A stretch of DNA of 64,000 nt from an uncultured cyanobacterium (GCA_963793265.1 CAWBZI010000001.1:640001-704000), one strand, 5' to 3'. Positions 31,783 to 42,494 are shown, counted from the first letter of the stretch. The notes: generated by a model from the sequence alone, not told the origin. Translations and numbers: made by a program.

Positions 31783-31965
31783 CTAAGAGGCTACCTGACC
31801 AGGGAAAGCGCGATCAAACTCTTCAAGCAAATCATCAATTTCTTCTAGCGCCTGATTGATATCGATGCGCAGCGTACCAATCCCTGGCTGCTCTAGCAAA
31901 CGGATTAACGACTGACGTTTAGAGCGAATAAGTTCAATTCTGGTTTGGAGTGCGGCAAATTCCAT
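31783..31965 (-). CDS. Small conserved hypothetical protein
   Basis: 60 aa, LLEQPGIGTLRIDINQALEEIDDL; GGAG SD. Confidence 0.7.
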   Translation of the reverse strand: MEFAALQTRIELIRSKRQSLIRLLEQPGIGTLRIDINQALEEIDDLLEEFDRAFPGQVAS

Positions 31966-32064
31966 ATCAAACGGATCTCCGAGATGAGTTACATTTCTTT
32001 ATAGGATTATAGAGTAAGCGATCATAAGAAACCCCATAAGGAAATAAACAGGAAAAGAACGAGT

Positions 32065-32610
32065 ATGCTGCGCAAAATTCCCCTTGGCACCGTCCTGCTT
32101 GTCGTTGGAACCATTCTGACGGCGATGGGCTTTGTTGCCTACGCCCAAGAAAACGCCACGCTCAACCTAGTCGGATTCTTTTACGGCGTCCCAATCTTAT
32201 TGGGGGGACTCGCGCTGCGCGCTGCCGAATTAGAGCCCGTACCCTACACCAAGCCCGCTAGCGAATCAGTTATTGCCCTGCGAGATCAGGCCACGCAAAC
32301 GCAAACGCAAGTCCGTAAAGACGTTACCCGCTACCGCTACGGCCAAGAAGCCCACCTGGACGATACCTTAGAGCGCTTGGGCCTGAGCCCGACTGATCCC
32401 CAGCGTCCTGTGCTCGCTGGACTGCATGAGGAGCAGAGAGAAGGCGCTTATACGCTGGTTTTAGAGTTTGATTCGCCGCACGTGCCTTTTGAAAAGTGGC
32501 AGGAGAAGCAGCCCAAAATTGAGGCTTTCTTTGGCCCTGGTATTAAAGCAGAAGTGAGTCAGCCTGCGGAGAAGAAGGTGGAGCTGGCAATGAAGGCGGT
32601 AGTTGCTTAG
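32065..32610 (+). CDS. DUF2854 family membrane protein
   Basis: Two TM helices, FYGVPILLGGLAL, DVTRYRYG and FFGPG. Confidence 0.85.
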   Translation: MLRKIPLGTVLLVVGTILTAMGFVAYAQENATLNLVGFFYGVPILLGGLALRAAELEPVPYTKPASESVIALRDQATQTQTQVRKDVTRYRYGQEAHLDDTLERLGLSPTDPQRPVLAGLHEEQREGAYTLVLEFDSPHVPFEKWQEKQPKIEAFFGPGIKAEVSQPAEKKVELAMKAVVA

Positions 32611-32644
32611 GCGTTTTCATATAGGCTCAAAGCGTCGTCGAACG

Positions 32645-32899
32645 TCACTTTTCCAGGCGCACTGCATACCACTGCACCGACTCACCTGGCGCTGTTTCAA
32701 ACTCGCAGTGTGTTTCTAGCAAATACTTAGCCCGCTCATCATCGGAAGCCAGCTTTTGCAAATCAGGCGAAAGCTGGCTTTTTGCTTGCAGCACTTCCTT
32801 GAGCTTGTCTATTAATTCTGGCGGCGTCATGAAAGTCTCAGTCGCATCCGGCGTCAAAAAGACAAACATTTCCTCGCTATACATCATCGAATCAGACAC
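32645..32899 (-). CDS. Chlororespiratory reduction 7 (CRR7)-like protein
   Basis: C-terminal CEFETAPGESVQWYAVRLEK; AGGAG SD. Confidence 0.85.
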   Translation of the reverse strand: MSDSMMYSEEMFVFLTPDATETFMTPPELIDKLKEVLQAKSQLSPDLQKLASDDERAKYLLETHCEFETAPGESVQWYAVRLEK

Positions 32900-33089
32900 T
32901 TAAATAAAGCTCCTATGGCAAAGTTTGGGCCGTTAGCATCTGGGCAGCTCACAGATGCGACGTTATGAACGCGATATTTTGAACACGATGTTAAATAACA
33001 TGTCGCACTTTGCATCAGAATAAGTCGTTTTCTTTAAAACTGAACACCTTCTCTGGGCTACGGTGATAAAATTTCTACATATACACCGC

Positions 33090-33114
33090 AATCCCGACCG
33101 GGTTACCGGGGATT
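33090..33114. promoter_or_regulatory. Inverted repeat upstream of sir, candidate regulator site
   Basis: AATCCC-N13-GGGATT about 90 bp upstream of the sir ATG. Confidence 0.4.
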
Positions 33115-33205
33115 AAAAAGAATACATCCCCAACACGCACCAGGCATTCACTTAAGAATACTTACCTCGACAATCATCCACTTCGATACCTCCCCCGACT
33201 TCCCC

Positions 33206-35138
33206 ATGGTTCACACGCCCATTAAGCCCGCCGCCCTTAACAACGCCGAAAAGAAAGTTTCTAAGCTCGAAGGCATCAAAGAGCGCAGTCAGTTTCTGCG
33301 GGAGCCCGTGGCAACTGAGCTAAAGCAAGACACGACTCACTTCACCGAAGCAGGCATCCAAATCCTGAAGTTTCACGGCTCCTACCAGCAGTACAACCGC
33401 GACGAAGTGGTACGCGGCGAAGAGAAGCCGTATTCAATGATGCTGCGCCTGCGCAACCCAGGCGGCTACATCCCCCCCGAGCTATATCTCACCTTAGAAG
33501 ACATCTCGAACAAGTATGGCAACGGCACTCTACGCGCCACCACTCGCCAAGCCTTTCAGCTACACGGCATCCTCAAGCAAAACCTGAAGGCCACGCTGGC
33601 AGACATCATTCGCAGCATGGGCTCTACGCTAGGAGCCTGCGGCGACCTTAGCCGCAATGTCATGGCCCCACCCGCCCCGTACACAAATAAGCCTGAGTAC
33701 GTGCTGGCCCGCAAATACGCCACCAATATTGCCGATTTGCTCACGCCCCAAACGCCTGCTTACTACGAAGTTTGGCTCGATGGAGAGAAAGTAATCACCA
33801 CCGAAGAAGACCCGGCAGTGGTGGCCGCTCGTGAAGGCAGAGCTGGCCGCGTGAGTAATGACAACGACGGCGCAGTTAGGCCAGTTGAGCCTATTTACGG
33901 CACTCACTACATGCCGCGCAAGTTCAAATGTGCGGTGACTGTACCTGGTGATAACTCTGTAGATGCCTACACGCAGGACATTACGCTGGTCGTCATCACT
34001 GACGATAACGGTGAGCTGCAAGGCTTTAACGTCATGGCTGGCGGCGGCATGGGGCGCACTCACAACAAGGAAGAGACGTTTGCGCGCACTGCCGATCATA
34101 TTGGCTATGTAGACAAAGACGATGTGTATGACTTGGTGAAGGCGATTGTATTCACCCAAAGAGACTATGGCGAGCGCTATAACCGCCGCGTATCTCGGAT
34201 GAAGTATCTGGTGCATCACTGGGGGTTGCCTAAGTTTATTGCTGAGGTTGAAAAGCGCTTTGGCAAACAGTTTGAACCCTATAGAGAGCTGCCTGAGTGG
34301 AAGTTTGAAGACTATTTGGGCTGGCACGAACAGGGCGACGGCAAGCTGTTTGTAGGTGTGCATATTCGCAATGGCCGGGTGCATAAGCAAGGCAAGCTGA
34401 ACAACAAAAGAGCGCTGAAAGGAGATTGTTGAAACCTTTAAGGTGCCGATGCGAGTAACGCCTAACCAAAGCGTTATTCTGTGCGATATTGAGCCCGGCG
34501 ATAAGGCTGCGATCCAGGCGATTTTGGATCGTGATGGTATTACGCCTGATAGCAAAGTAGAGTCGCTAGAGCGCCTTTCGATGGCCTGCCCGGCGCTGCC
34601 AACTTGTGGTTTGGCGGTGACTGAATCTGAGCGGATTATGCCGTCAATTTTGGAGCGTATTCGCAAGCAGCTCAATAAGCTGGGGCTCAAGAATGAGACG
34701 TTTGTGACGCGGATGACGGGCTGTCCGAACGGCTGCGCGCGGCCCTATATGGCTGAGATGGGATTTGTCGGTCAAGCGCCTAAGAGCTATCAGCTCTGGT
34801 TGGGAGGAAGTCCTAACCAAACTCGGCTGGCTCGCCCTTATATGGACAGGCTACATGAGGACAATTTGGAGACGATCCTAGCGCCGCTGTTTGTTTGCTT
34901 TAAGCAGAACCGGAATGAAGGTGAGAGCTTTGGTGATTTTTGCGATCGCTACACCTTCGAGGCTCTCCGTCAGTTCTCTGAAACCTACGTGCCACCCAAG
35001 CCAGTAGGCTCAGGTCGCCGTCGCAATCGAATCGGCGTCACTGACGATTTATTTGCCAAACTCAAAGCCAAAGCCAGCGCAGAAGGCATCAGCCTGGCAG
35101 ACGCCCTAGAAAACGCTATTGGCGACAGCTTAGGCTAG
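33206..35138 (+). CDS. sir: Ferredoxin-dependent sulfite reductase, with a +1 frameshift near 34419 (probable sequencing error)
   Basis: [27 protein letters not shown] and TGCPNGC; removing one A at 34418-34420 joins the ORFs as [15 protein letters not shown]. Confidence 0.93.
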
Positions 35139-35160
35139 TTAGCTTTTAGACGACCTTCGT

Positions 35161-35201
35161 AACCGCCTTTTCAAAGTCCTTATGGCTCTTGAAAGGCGGT
35201 T
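35161..35201. terminator. Stem-loop after sir
   Basis: AACCGCCTTT...AAAGGCGGTT inverted repeat. Confidence 0.55.
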
Positions 35202-35256
35202 ATTTGGTGAAGACGGTACGATTGACGCTCAGAGAATACACTCACGCAAAACACCT

Positions 35257-36372
35257 ATGACCTCCAAAACAAACCTATCTCACCTGCTCAGTCCTATCAA
35301 AATCGGCCCACTCTCTCTTAGAAACCGCGTTGTTATGGCCCCACTAACGCGCGGACGCTCAGGCGCAGACCGAATTCCTAATGCACTGATGACAGAGTAC
35401 TATTCTCAGCGAGCAGGGGCGGGTCTGATCATCTCTGAAGGCACTGCGCCTTCTAAGCAGGGCAACGGCTGGCTACATGCACCCGGTATCTACAGCGCTG
35501 AGCAAACTGAAGCCTGGAAGCCAGTAGTCAACGCAGTCCATGAAAAAGGAGCTGCCTTCTTTGTACAGCTATGGCACACCGGCAGAGCGTCTCACAGCAG
35601 CTTTCAAGCGAATGGACAGCTCCCCGTTGCGCCCTCAGCTATCAAGATCGAAGGCGAAACGCACACGCCTAATGGCACTCAGCCTTACGAGGTGCCTAGA
35701 GCGATAGAAACCAAAGAGATTTCAGGGGTAGTGGAAGACTTTCGCAAGGCGGCTGAAAATGCAAAGGCCGCAGGCTTTGATGGGGTAGAGATTCATAGCG
35801 CGAACGGCTACTTTATTGACGAGTTTTTGCAGTCAAAAACAAACCAGCGCACTGATCAATACGGTGGTAGTCTCGAGAATCGCTACCGGCTACTCAAAGA
35901 GATTGTTGAAGCTGTTTTGACCGTTTTACCTGCCAAAAGTGTCGGGGTCAGACTTTCTCCAAATGGCGTCTTTAATGATATGGGTTCGCCCGACTATCGA
36001 GAGACGTTTACCTACGTCGCCAAGCAGCTTAGTTCGTACGATTTGGCCTATTTGCACCTGCTGGATGGATTGGCTTTTGGCTTTCATGAGCTGGGCGAAC
36101 CGATGACGCTCGCTGAGTTTAGAGCGGTGTACAAGGGCGCGATTATTGGTAACTGTGGGTACGACCGGGAGGCGGCAGAAGCAGCGATCGCATCTAGCAA
36201 TGCAGACATGATCGCCTTCGGTCGCTCATTCATCAGCACCCCTGATCTCGTGTCTCGCTTTCAAAACCATCAAGAACTCAATTCCGCACCCGATCAAGAC
36301 ACCCTGTATTCATTCGGCAGCGAGGGATACACCGACTATCCTACCTACGAAAAATCAGAGGTTGCAGCGTAG
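35257..36372 (+). CDS. Alkene reductase (Old Yellow Enzyme family)
   Basis: NRVVMAPLTR, QLWHTGR and GFDGVEIHSANGY; ATG 35257 preferred because the upstream ATG lies inside the hairpin. Confidence 0.93.
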   Translation: MTSKTNLSHLLSPIKIGPLSLRNRVVMAPLTRGRSGADRIPNALMTEYYSQRAGAGLIISEGTAPSKQGNGWLHAPGIYSAEQTEAWKPVVNAVHEKGAAFFVQLWHTGRASHSSFQANGQLPVAPSAIKIEGETHTPNGTQPYEVPRAIETKEISGVVEDFRKAAENAKAAGFDGVEIHSANGYFIDEFLQSKTNQRTDQYGGSLENRYRLLKEIVEAVLTVLPAKSVGVRLSPNGVFNDMGSPDYRETFTYVAKQLSSYDLAYLHLLDGLAFGFHELGEPMTLAEFRAVYKGAIIGNCGYDREAAEAAIASSNADMIAFGRSFISTPDLVSRFQNHQELNSAPDQDTLYSFGSEGYTDYPTYEKSEVAA

Positions 36373-36377
36373 GGACA

Positions 36378-36917
36378 GTGGAAAATCAGATGAAATTCAA
36401 AAGCACTCCCAACCGCTGCATTCAACACGAAGGCAAAGAGATTTGGATTAGCCGCAGCGTCACTGTTTTACCTGTGCTCTTTTGCGTGAGCAAAGGCATT
36501 CAGTACGTGCCGCTCGGCCTGCGGGGTGAAGATCTGCCAGAAGGCGTCGGGCAGTGGGGGCTGCCTGGCGGCTATTTAGACTATGACGAAACGGCCACTC
36601 AGGCCGTTTATCGCGAAGTTTGGGAAGAGCTGGGCCTTGATATTCCTCAGCTCGTCGAAGACTTTAAGTTTGAAGGCAATCTAGCGCAGCCTTATGACGT
36701 GTATAGTACGCCGCTACGACGGCAAAACGTAACGCTTAAGTATGCGCTGATGTTTCACTTAGGCGAGGTGGATTTACCTGCGCTAGATCCTCAAGTTTCC
36801 AAAGGTGAAGTGGTTGAAGCCAAGTGGGTTGAAGTCGAAAAAGCGCTGACGATGAAGCTTGCGTTCAATCATCATGAGGTGATTAAAGAATGCTTAGAAC
36901 GCTGCTATTCACAATGA
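36378..36917 (+). CDS. NUDIX hydrolase
   Basis: LPGGYLDYDETATQAVYREVWEELG Nudix box. Confidence 0.92.
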   Translation: MENQMKFKSTPNRCIQHEGKEIWISRSVTVLPVLFCVSKGIQYVPLGLRGEDLPEGVGQWGLPGGYLDYDETATQAVYREVWEELGLDIPQLVEDFKFEGNLAQPYDVYSTPLRRQNVTLKYALMFHLGEVDLPALDPQVSKGEVVEAKWVEVEKALTMKLAFNHHEVIKECLERCYSQ

Positions 36918-37009
36918 TAGATCCCCCTTCAGCTATAGTTCTTTAGCTCAGGGCTCCTATACGATTGAAGCCAATTAAATCTTATGCAAAACGATTGGCT
37001 CACCTTTCT

Positions 37010-37915
37010 ATGCTCAACCTTCCATTCATCGATACCAAAAGCGTAGAAACTCAGCTTGGGCAAATCACTTACTATTTACCGGCCTTGCCCGAATATCCAG
37101 CCAATGAGGCTATTGATGAGCGATCACCCCTAATTTTTCTACATGGTTTTGGCGGCGGCTCCTCTGCCTTTGAATGGTCAAAAGTCTTTCCAGCATTTGC
37201 CAGCGACTATCGCGTACTCGCCCCTGACCTCATCGGGTGGGGAAGCTCAGATCACCTTGAGCGCGACTATACGATTGATGATTATTTAAACAACATACCG
37301 GAGTTTATTCGCGCGACCTGCCCAGGCGAAAAGGTGACGGTTGTCGCCTCTGCGCTGACTGCGGCTTTCATGGTGCGAATCGCAATTATTCAGCCCGATT
37401 TATTCAACTCCCTTATTTTGATGACGCCTTCGGGTCTATCAGATTTTGGCCGTGACTATACGCGATCACCCTTCGCCCAAATTGCCAGCACGCCTTTTAT
37501 TGATAAATGGATTTACGGGGGTGCAATCGCCACGCAGTTCGGCATCGAAAACTTTCTCAAAACCCGCCAGTTTGCAGATCCCAACCGCATCTCACAAGAC
37601 ATCGTTGAAGCTTACTTAAAATCAGCCCAAAAGCCCAATGCAGAATACACAGCGCTCTCATTCGTACGCGGCGACCTGTGTTTTGATCTTGCAGACTATA
37701 TCGGCAAACTAACCGTACCGACAACTTTGCTATGGGGTGAAAAAGCCGCCTTTACTGGCCCTGATCTTGGTCGCAAGCTGGCTCAGAAAAACCCAGATGC
37801 GATCAAGCTCTTTGAGGTAATTAAATCTACCGGGCTTACCCCTCAGCTAGAGCTACCGGCGTTTACTATTGGCATGATTCGGACTTGCCTATCAGTGCTA
37901 GAGAAAGCGCATTAG
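37010..37915 (+). CDS. Alpha/beta fold hydrolase
   Basis: FLHGFGGGSS and LAPDLIGWGSS; ATG 37010 preferred. Confidence 0.88.
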   Translation: MLNLPFIDTKSVETQLGQITYYLPALPEYPANEAIDERSPLIFLHGFGGGSSAFEWSKVFPAFASDYRVLAPDLIGWGSSDHLERDYTIDDYLNNIPEFIRATCPGEKVTVVASALTAAFMVRIAIIQPDLFNSLILMTPSGLSDFGRDYTRSPFAQIASTPFIDKWIYGGAIATQFGIENFLKTRQFADPNRISQDIVEAYLKSAQKPNAEYTALSFVRGDLCFDLADYIGKLTVPTTLLWGEKAAFTGPDLGRKLAQKNPDAIKLFEVIKSTGLTPQLELPAFTIGMIRTCLSVLEKAH

Positions 37916-37926
37916 CGACAACAGTC

Positions 37927-39159
37927 CTAGCCTTGCAGCAGCAAAAACACCGCCTGCAAGCTCCCAATTACAAACCCCAAGATACCGCCAAGATTCACAA
38001 TCGCCTGTAGCTCATTTTTCACAATATTCTGAATCGCCTTCTCCAACTCCTGCGGCGAGGTTGCATTCACCCGCTCAACAATCACCTGATCGATATTGAG
38101 AATAGGGATCGTCTGCATCACAATCTTCTCTAAGTCTCGCTCTAAGTAGCGCTCTAATACCGACGCTAGCTCCTGGCTGACCAAATCCAAAGAGTCAGTC
38201 ATCACCGGAGACGCTTGCAGTCGGCCCAATAGCTGCAAAGCCAGTTTCTCCCAATCTATCGATACGCTTAGCGTCTGCAGCAAATCGCTGCCGTTCTCTT
38301 TCAAGTAGGTTTTAATCGTTTTCCTGAGCGTAGCCCGTAGCTGCCTCACGGTAGAAACAGGCAGCTCTTGTAAAGAAAACTGCTGGAGCCACTTTTGCAG
38401 GCGAACTTTCACGCCCAAACCCGCCGTCAGCTCAGCAATACGGGCATTGCTCTTCTCTGGCTCATCAGTGCAAACGTTCCGCAATCGAGTCAGCGCATTC
38501 CGAACGCCAAAGATATTAGCAACCACCCAGTAAGTGCCGCTTGTTTTAGCGCGCAGGGTTTCATCAATCACCTGAATGTTGTAGTCGCTCAAAAAATCAA
38601 TCAGCAGCTCGCGCACCCGGTTCGGTGGCAGTACGCCGTTTACCGCCCAGTCAGACACCTGAGCTGACTGCTCAGCATTGAGCTGAAAGTCGAGCAAAAC
38701 CTGATCAAAAATTTGGTTAAGCTGAACTTCTAAAAAGTCATCTCGCCTAGACCACACGCGCAGTAGCCGAGGCAAAGATTGCCCCATCAAGTCCTGTAAA
38801 ATGTTGCCCAAGATTTTAGCAGTCTTGGTTTGCGCGCTGCCCTGCATTTGCTCTAGGGCAAGCTGCAATAGCCAGCTAATGGCTTTTTCGGTGCGTTCGG
38901 TTTGCAGCAGGCGGCGGGCCAGCTTTTGCATTTCTTCGGGGGTGAGAAGCGATCGCATAATCACCTCCGAAATCTTATTCGCCAGCCGCTGCTGATTGCT
39001 GGGTATCAGCCCTGGGGTAAACGGAATTCTCTGACCAAATATATACTTCGGCTTATAGGGCCGAAACAGCATTTTAATCGCAACATCGTTCGTAAAATAG
39101 CCAATCACGCCTCCCAACACGGGGGGCAAAAGCACTATCCACAAATTAGCTGCACTCAT
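37927..39159 (-). CDS. DUF445 family protein
   Basis: [19 protein letters not shown] and [13 protein letters not shown]. Confidence 0.9.
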   Translation of the reverse strand: MSAANLWIVLLPPVLGGVIGYFTNDVAIKMLFRPYKPKYIFGQRIPFTPGLIPSNQQRLANKISEVIMRSLLTPEEMQKLARRLLQTERTEKAISWLLQLALEQMQGSAQTKTAKILGNILQDLMGQSLPRLLRVWSRRDDFLEVQLNQIFDQVLLDFQLNAEQSAQVSDWAVNGVLPPNRVRELLIDFLSDYNIQVIDETLRAKTSGTYWVVANIFGVRNALTRLRNVCTDEPEKSNARIAELTAGLGVKVRLQKWLQQFSLQELPVSTVRQLRATLRKTIKTYLKENGSDLLQTLSVSIDWEKLALQLLGRLQASPVMTDSLDLVSQELASVLERYLERDLEKIVMQTIPILNIDQVIVERVNATSPQELEKAIQNIVKNELQAIVNLGGILGFVIGSLQAVFLLLQG

Positions 39160-39208
39160 ACGAATCCTTACAACATTTGCCAGTTCAATCTCTACTGGTC
39201 AATACTCA

Positions 39209-39973
39209 TCAGCCAGTCTTACTAGCCACTAAAACGCCCATCATGCCGCCCGCAATCGGGTAGTGTACCGCCTGCTCAAATCCTGCGTCTTTAGCCAAAG
39301 CAACCTGCCTAGCACCTTGAGGAAAGCGATCTACGCTGGGGCCAATGTAAGCATACTCCTCACTCATGCCAAACCGCTCTGCCGTAGGCACGACAATCGT
39401 GTCTAAATACCACTGCTGAAACTGATTGACCAGTGGGTTAGTCGGCGTATGAAAGTCCAGAATTGCAGCTTTTGCACCTGGCTTTAGCACCCGGTAGAGT
39501 TCGGCTAAGCCCTGTGGAATGTTGGTGAGGTTGCGCAAACCGTAGGCCATTGTAGCGGCGTCAAAAATACTGTCATCAAATGGAAGCGCTAGGGCATCGG
39601 CTTCTATCCAGCTCAGGCGGGTTTGTAGATGAGGGCTGCGTTGAGAGGCGATCGCTAACTGCTCGGTTGCAAAATCCGCCCCAACCACCTCACCCGTCTC
39701 ACCCACCTGCCGCGCCAGCAGCAAAGCCAAGTCCCCACTGCCACAGCAAACATCTAGGCACTTCATGCCCGCGCCCGCGCCGCTCCAGCGCACCGCCATC
39801 TGCTTCCACACTCGATGTAGGCCAAAGCTCATGTCCTGATTCATTTGGTCGTACTGTGGCGCAATCCGATCGAACAGTTGACGAATGCGATCGGCCTCTG
39901 GCTGCTGCTGGCTCGTGAGTGAGGTATCCCCCATAGATCTTCTGATAGTTCCTTCTTGTAATTCCTTAGGCAT
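39209..39973 (-). CDS. menG: Demethylmenaquinone/phylloquinone methyltransferase (UbiE/MenG)
   Basis: FDRIAPQYD, LDVCCGSGDL and YGLRN. Confidence 0.9.
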   Translation of the reverse strand: MPKELQEGTIRRSMGDTSLTSQQQPEADRIRQLFDRIAPQYDQMNQDMSFGLHRVWKQMAVRWSGAGAGMKCLDVCCGSGDLALLLARQVGETGEVVGADFATEQLAIASQRSPHLQTRLSWIEADALALPFDDSIFDAATMAYGLRNLTNIPQGLAELYRVLKPGAKAAILDFHTPTNPLVNQFQQWYLDTIVVPTAERFGMSEEYAYIGPSVDRFPQGARQVALAKDAGFEQAVHYPIAGGMMGVLVASKTG

Positions 39974-40010
39974 TTCGCGCTAGCGTTAAGAGTCTAGCGG
40001 TTTACAAGCT

Positions 40011-40051
40011 AAAAAAGCCTGAAGCCATGCTTCTCAAACACGGTTTCAGGC
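40011..40051 (-). terminator. Intrinsic terminator of the response regulator gene
   Basis: GCCTGAAGCC...GGTTTCAGGC stem followed by T6 on the minus strand. Confidence 0.6.
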
Positions 40052-40093
40052 CCCATGAATACTCCTAACTTCAGACCCAAAGCTGCTAGCAGA

Positions 40094-40996
40094 TTAGAGC
40101 CCTGCTGCTTTTAAGCAAAGCGATACCTGTGGAGCTACGATACTCAGCATTTGCGTAACATCGCCTACCGTCGCGTAAGCAGTTGACCACTGAAGCGAGA
40201 CTGCCGCTAGCGTTTCGCCCTGATAAACAATCGGCACAACTGCATGGCATTGAGTACCGTTAGCGTAAAGGGCTTCGTTAGCTTTGGTTTCGTCGGCTTG
40301 GATATTGACTGCGGCCTGTGAAGATTGGGATGCGATCGCCTCCCCCACCAGTACATTCACCGCCGTCGCTTCACCATCCGCCATCCCAAAGCAGCCCGTG
40401 CCCCGGTTGTCCCTCAGCAACAGCGTACAGCCATCCGCACCTAGAATCTGACCAAACCCAGCCGCTAAAAACGTCAGCACCTCATCAGTTGCCATCGTCT
40501 GCGCCGCAAGCTGACCCACCGTCACCATCAGCTTTGATTGCTTTTCAGCCAAATGCAGCGCCTCATTTTGCTGCTTAATCAAATCGTAGGTTTCCGAGGC
40601 TCTAGCCACCACATGCTTCAGCTCATCAGGATCCCAAGGCTTAGTAATGTAGCGGTACACCTGACCAGCATTAATCGCATCTACCAGATCTTCCACATCG
40701 GTAAAGCCCGTCAAGATAATCCGCACCGTATCCGGGAAATCTGGCACCGTCTTGCTCAAAAACTCAGTGCCCTTCATCTCCGGCATCCGCTGATCGGAAA
40801 TAATAACGGCAACTTCGCCCTCACTTTCCAAAACTTTCAGCGCATCTACACCGCTCTCGGCGCGCAATACCTTGAACTCGCGGCGAAAAGTGCGGTATAG
40901 CAAATCTAAGTTATCAGGCTCATCATCAACCACCAGCATCCGAGGCTTTTTAGAAGGAATGTAGCTCGCCAAAGTGAGTGGACTGATGGTGCTCAT
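40094..40996 (-). CDS. Response regulator with a C-terminal GAF-like domain
   Basis: VVDDE, ISDQRMP, LTG and KPW receiver motifs plus a GAF-like VVPIVY segment. Confidence 0.9.
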   Translation of the reverse strand: MSTISPLTLASYIPSKKPRMLVVDDEPDNLDLLYRTFRREFKVLRAESGVDALKVLESEGEVAVIISDQRMPEMKGTEFLSKTVPDFPDTVRIILTGFTDVEDLVDAINAGQVYRYITKPWDPDELKHVVARASETYDLIKQQNEALHLAEKQSKLMVTVGQLAAQTMATDEVLTFLAAGFGQILGADGCTLLLRDNRGTGCFGMADGEATAVNVLVGEAIASQSSQAAVNIQADETKANEALYANGTQCHAVVPIVYQGETLAAVSLQWSTAYATVGDVTQMLSIVAPQVSLCLKAAGL

Positions 40997-41115
40997 GTGG
41001 GTTTAGGGAGGTATAACAAAGTGATGATTTCTCCTTTCAGTAAGCCCAAGCACTCATCAAAAATATCCTCTGTAACCCCCAACAAACCCATGATTTCACT
41101 GACCTCTAGAGCCCT

Positions 41116-41481
41116 CTAGCTGACCTCTAGCAGCTCCACAACGTTACCGTCAGGGTCTTTTACAAACAGCGCAGCCCTGCCTGACGAACTCATCTGAAAA
41201 GGCACCTGCCGCTCGCCCAAATCCGCTTTCACCGCAGCCAAATCATGAATCGCAAACGTGATGTGAGGATGCCTACCCCATTTGTCTTCTCGAACCGGAT
41301 TTTTTGCCCAGTCGCTCACAATCAGGTGCAGTTGAAAATTACCCACCTGGTACCAAGCGCCTGCAAACGTAAGCTGCCGGTCTACCTTTTGTAGCCCAAT
41401 CACCTCTGTATAAAACACTTCAGATTGCTCTAGGTCACTCACCTGCACGGCAACATGCAGCGGGTACAAAATATCTGCCAC
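41116..41481 (-). CDS. VOC/glyoxalase family protein
   Basis: HVAVQVSDL..S..FY and DPDGNVVEL; GTG at 41481 with an AGGAG SD removes the overlap with the next gene. Confidence 0.9.
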   Translation of the reverse strand: MADILYPLHVAVQVSDLEQSEVFYTEVIGLQKVDRQLTFAGAWYQVGNFQLHLIVSDWAKNPVREDKWGRHPHITFAIHDLAAVKADLGERQVPFQMSSSGRAALFVKDPDGNVVELLEVS

Positions 41482-41521
41482 GGTTCTTTCTCCTAGCGAT
41501 TTCGCTTTATCATCTATTGCT

Positions 41522-42472
41522 ATGAAAACATTATTTTTGCTCTTAACGGCCCTTGCGCTAGCCCTGCTGCTCATCGAAACTGTCCTAAGGGTTGGCTATG
41601 GCTTCGGCAATCCTCCGCTATATATCGGGGATGAAAAGATAGGCTATTTGCTTGCGCCCAATCAGAAGGTGCGGCGATTGAATAATCGAATTGAGATTAA
41701 CGAATATTCGATGAGAGCTGGGGCGATCGCACCTCTCCCCAAACCCAACACCCTCCGCGTTTTCCTACTAGGCGACTCCCTAGCCAACGGCAACTGGTGG
41801 ACAGATCAGCCCGATATTTTATCCGAAAGAATTGCCCACTACTTACGGCCTAAACTGCCTAAAGGCTATGAAACTGTAGAAGCTATCAACGCTTCTGCCA
41901 ATTCTTGGGGGCCACGTAATGAGCTGGCCTATCTCGAACGCTATGGAACATTCGGAGCCCAGGTGCTCGTACTGCTGCTGAATACCGATGATCTATTTGG
42001 CACGCAGCCTTCGCCTTTACAGGTAGGACGCGATCGCAGCTATCCCGATAAAAAGCCACCTTTTGCTGTTACTGAAGTGCTAAACCGATTCAAAAAACCT
42101 CAGCCAATTCCTGGGCTTGAAGAGATTCAGCAAGAGAAGGGTGATCGCGTTGGCAAAAACATTGAGGCGATTAATGGGATTCATCAGCAGGCGATCGCCG
42201 CCAACAGCCAGTTCATCCTCGTACTCTCACCGCTCAAACGCGAACTACCACAGCCTCGCGACTACGAAATTGTTGCCCGCCAGCGCCTTACTGACTGGGC
42301 CGAGAAAGTAAACGTACCGTACTTAGACTTCTTAGAGACTTATCAGAAGCACCATCCTGGCCCCGAACGTCTCTATCGCGATCATATTCATTTGAGCCCT
42401 GAGGGTAATGAGCTGGTGGGGGATGCGATCGCCCAAGCCATCCTCAGATTCTCACTACCCCAGTCTCCCTAA
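41522..42472 (+). CDS. SGNH/GDSL hydrolase family protein
   Basis: N-terminal TM, LGDS and DHIH. Confidence 0.88.
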   Translation: MKTLFLLLTALALALLLIETVLRVGYGFGNPPLYIGDEKIGYLLAPNQKVRRLNNRIEINEYSMRAGAIAPLPKPNTLRVFLLGDSLANGNWWTDQPDILSERIAHYLRPKLPKGYETVEAINASANSWGPRNELAYLERYGTFGAQVLVLLLNTDDLFGTQPSPLQVGRDRSYPDKKPPFAVTEVLNRFKKPQPIPGLEEIQQEKGDRVGKNIEAINGIHQQAIAANSQFILVLSPLKRELPQPRDYEIVARQRLTDWAEKVNVPYLDFLETYQKHHPGPERLYRDHIHLSPEGNELVGDAIAQAILRFSLPQSP

Positions 42473-42494
42473 CCTGCAAATCTCGCCAACTTCT

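Noticed and set aside
34411..34445. Programmed ribosomal frameshift in sir (or ctpA)
   Set aside because: No slippery heptamer or stimulatory structure is evident; a one-base indel explains both cases
33629..34690. 353-aa antisense ORF over sir, and many other overlapping or antisense ORFs in the track
   Set aside because: Shadow frames of well-supported genes, with no recognisable motifs
41482..41574. Head-to-head overlap of the VOC and SGNH genes
   Set aside because: Disappears with the GTG start at 41481, which has an AGGAG SD
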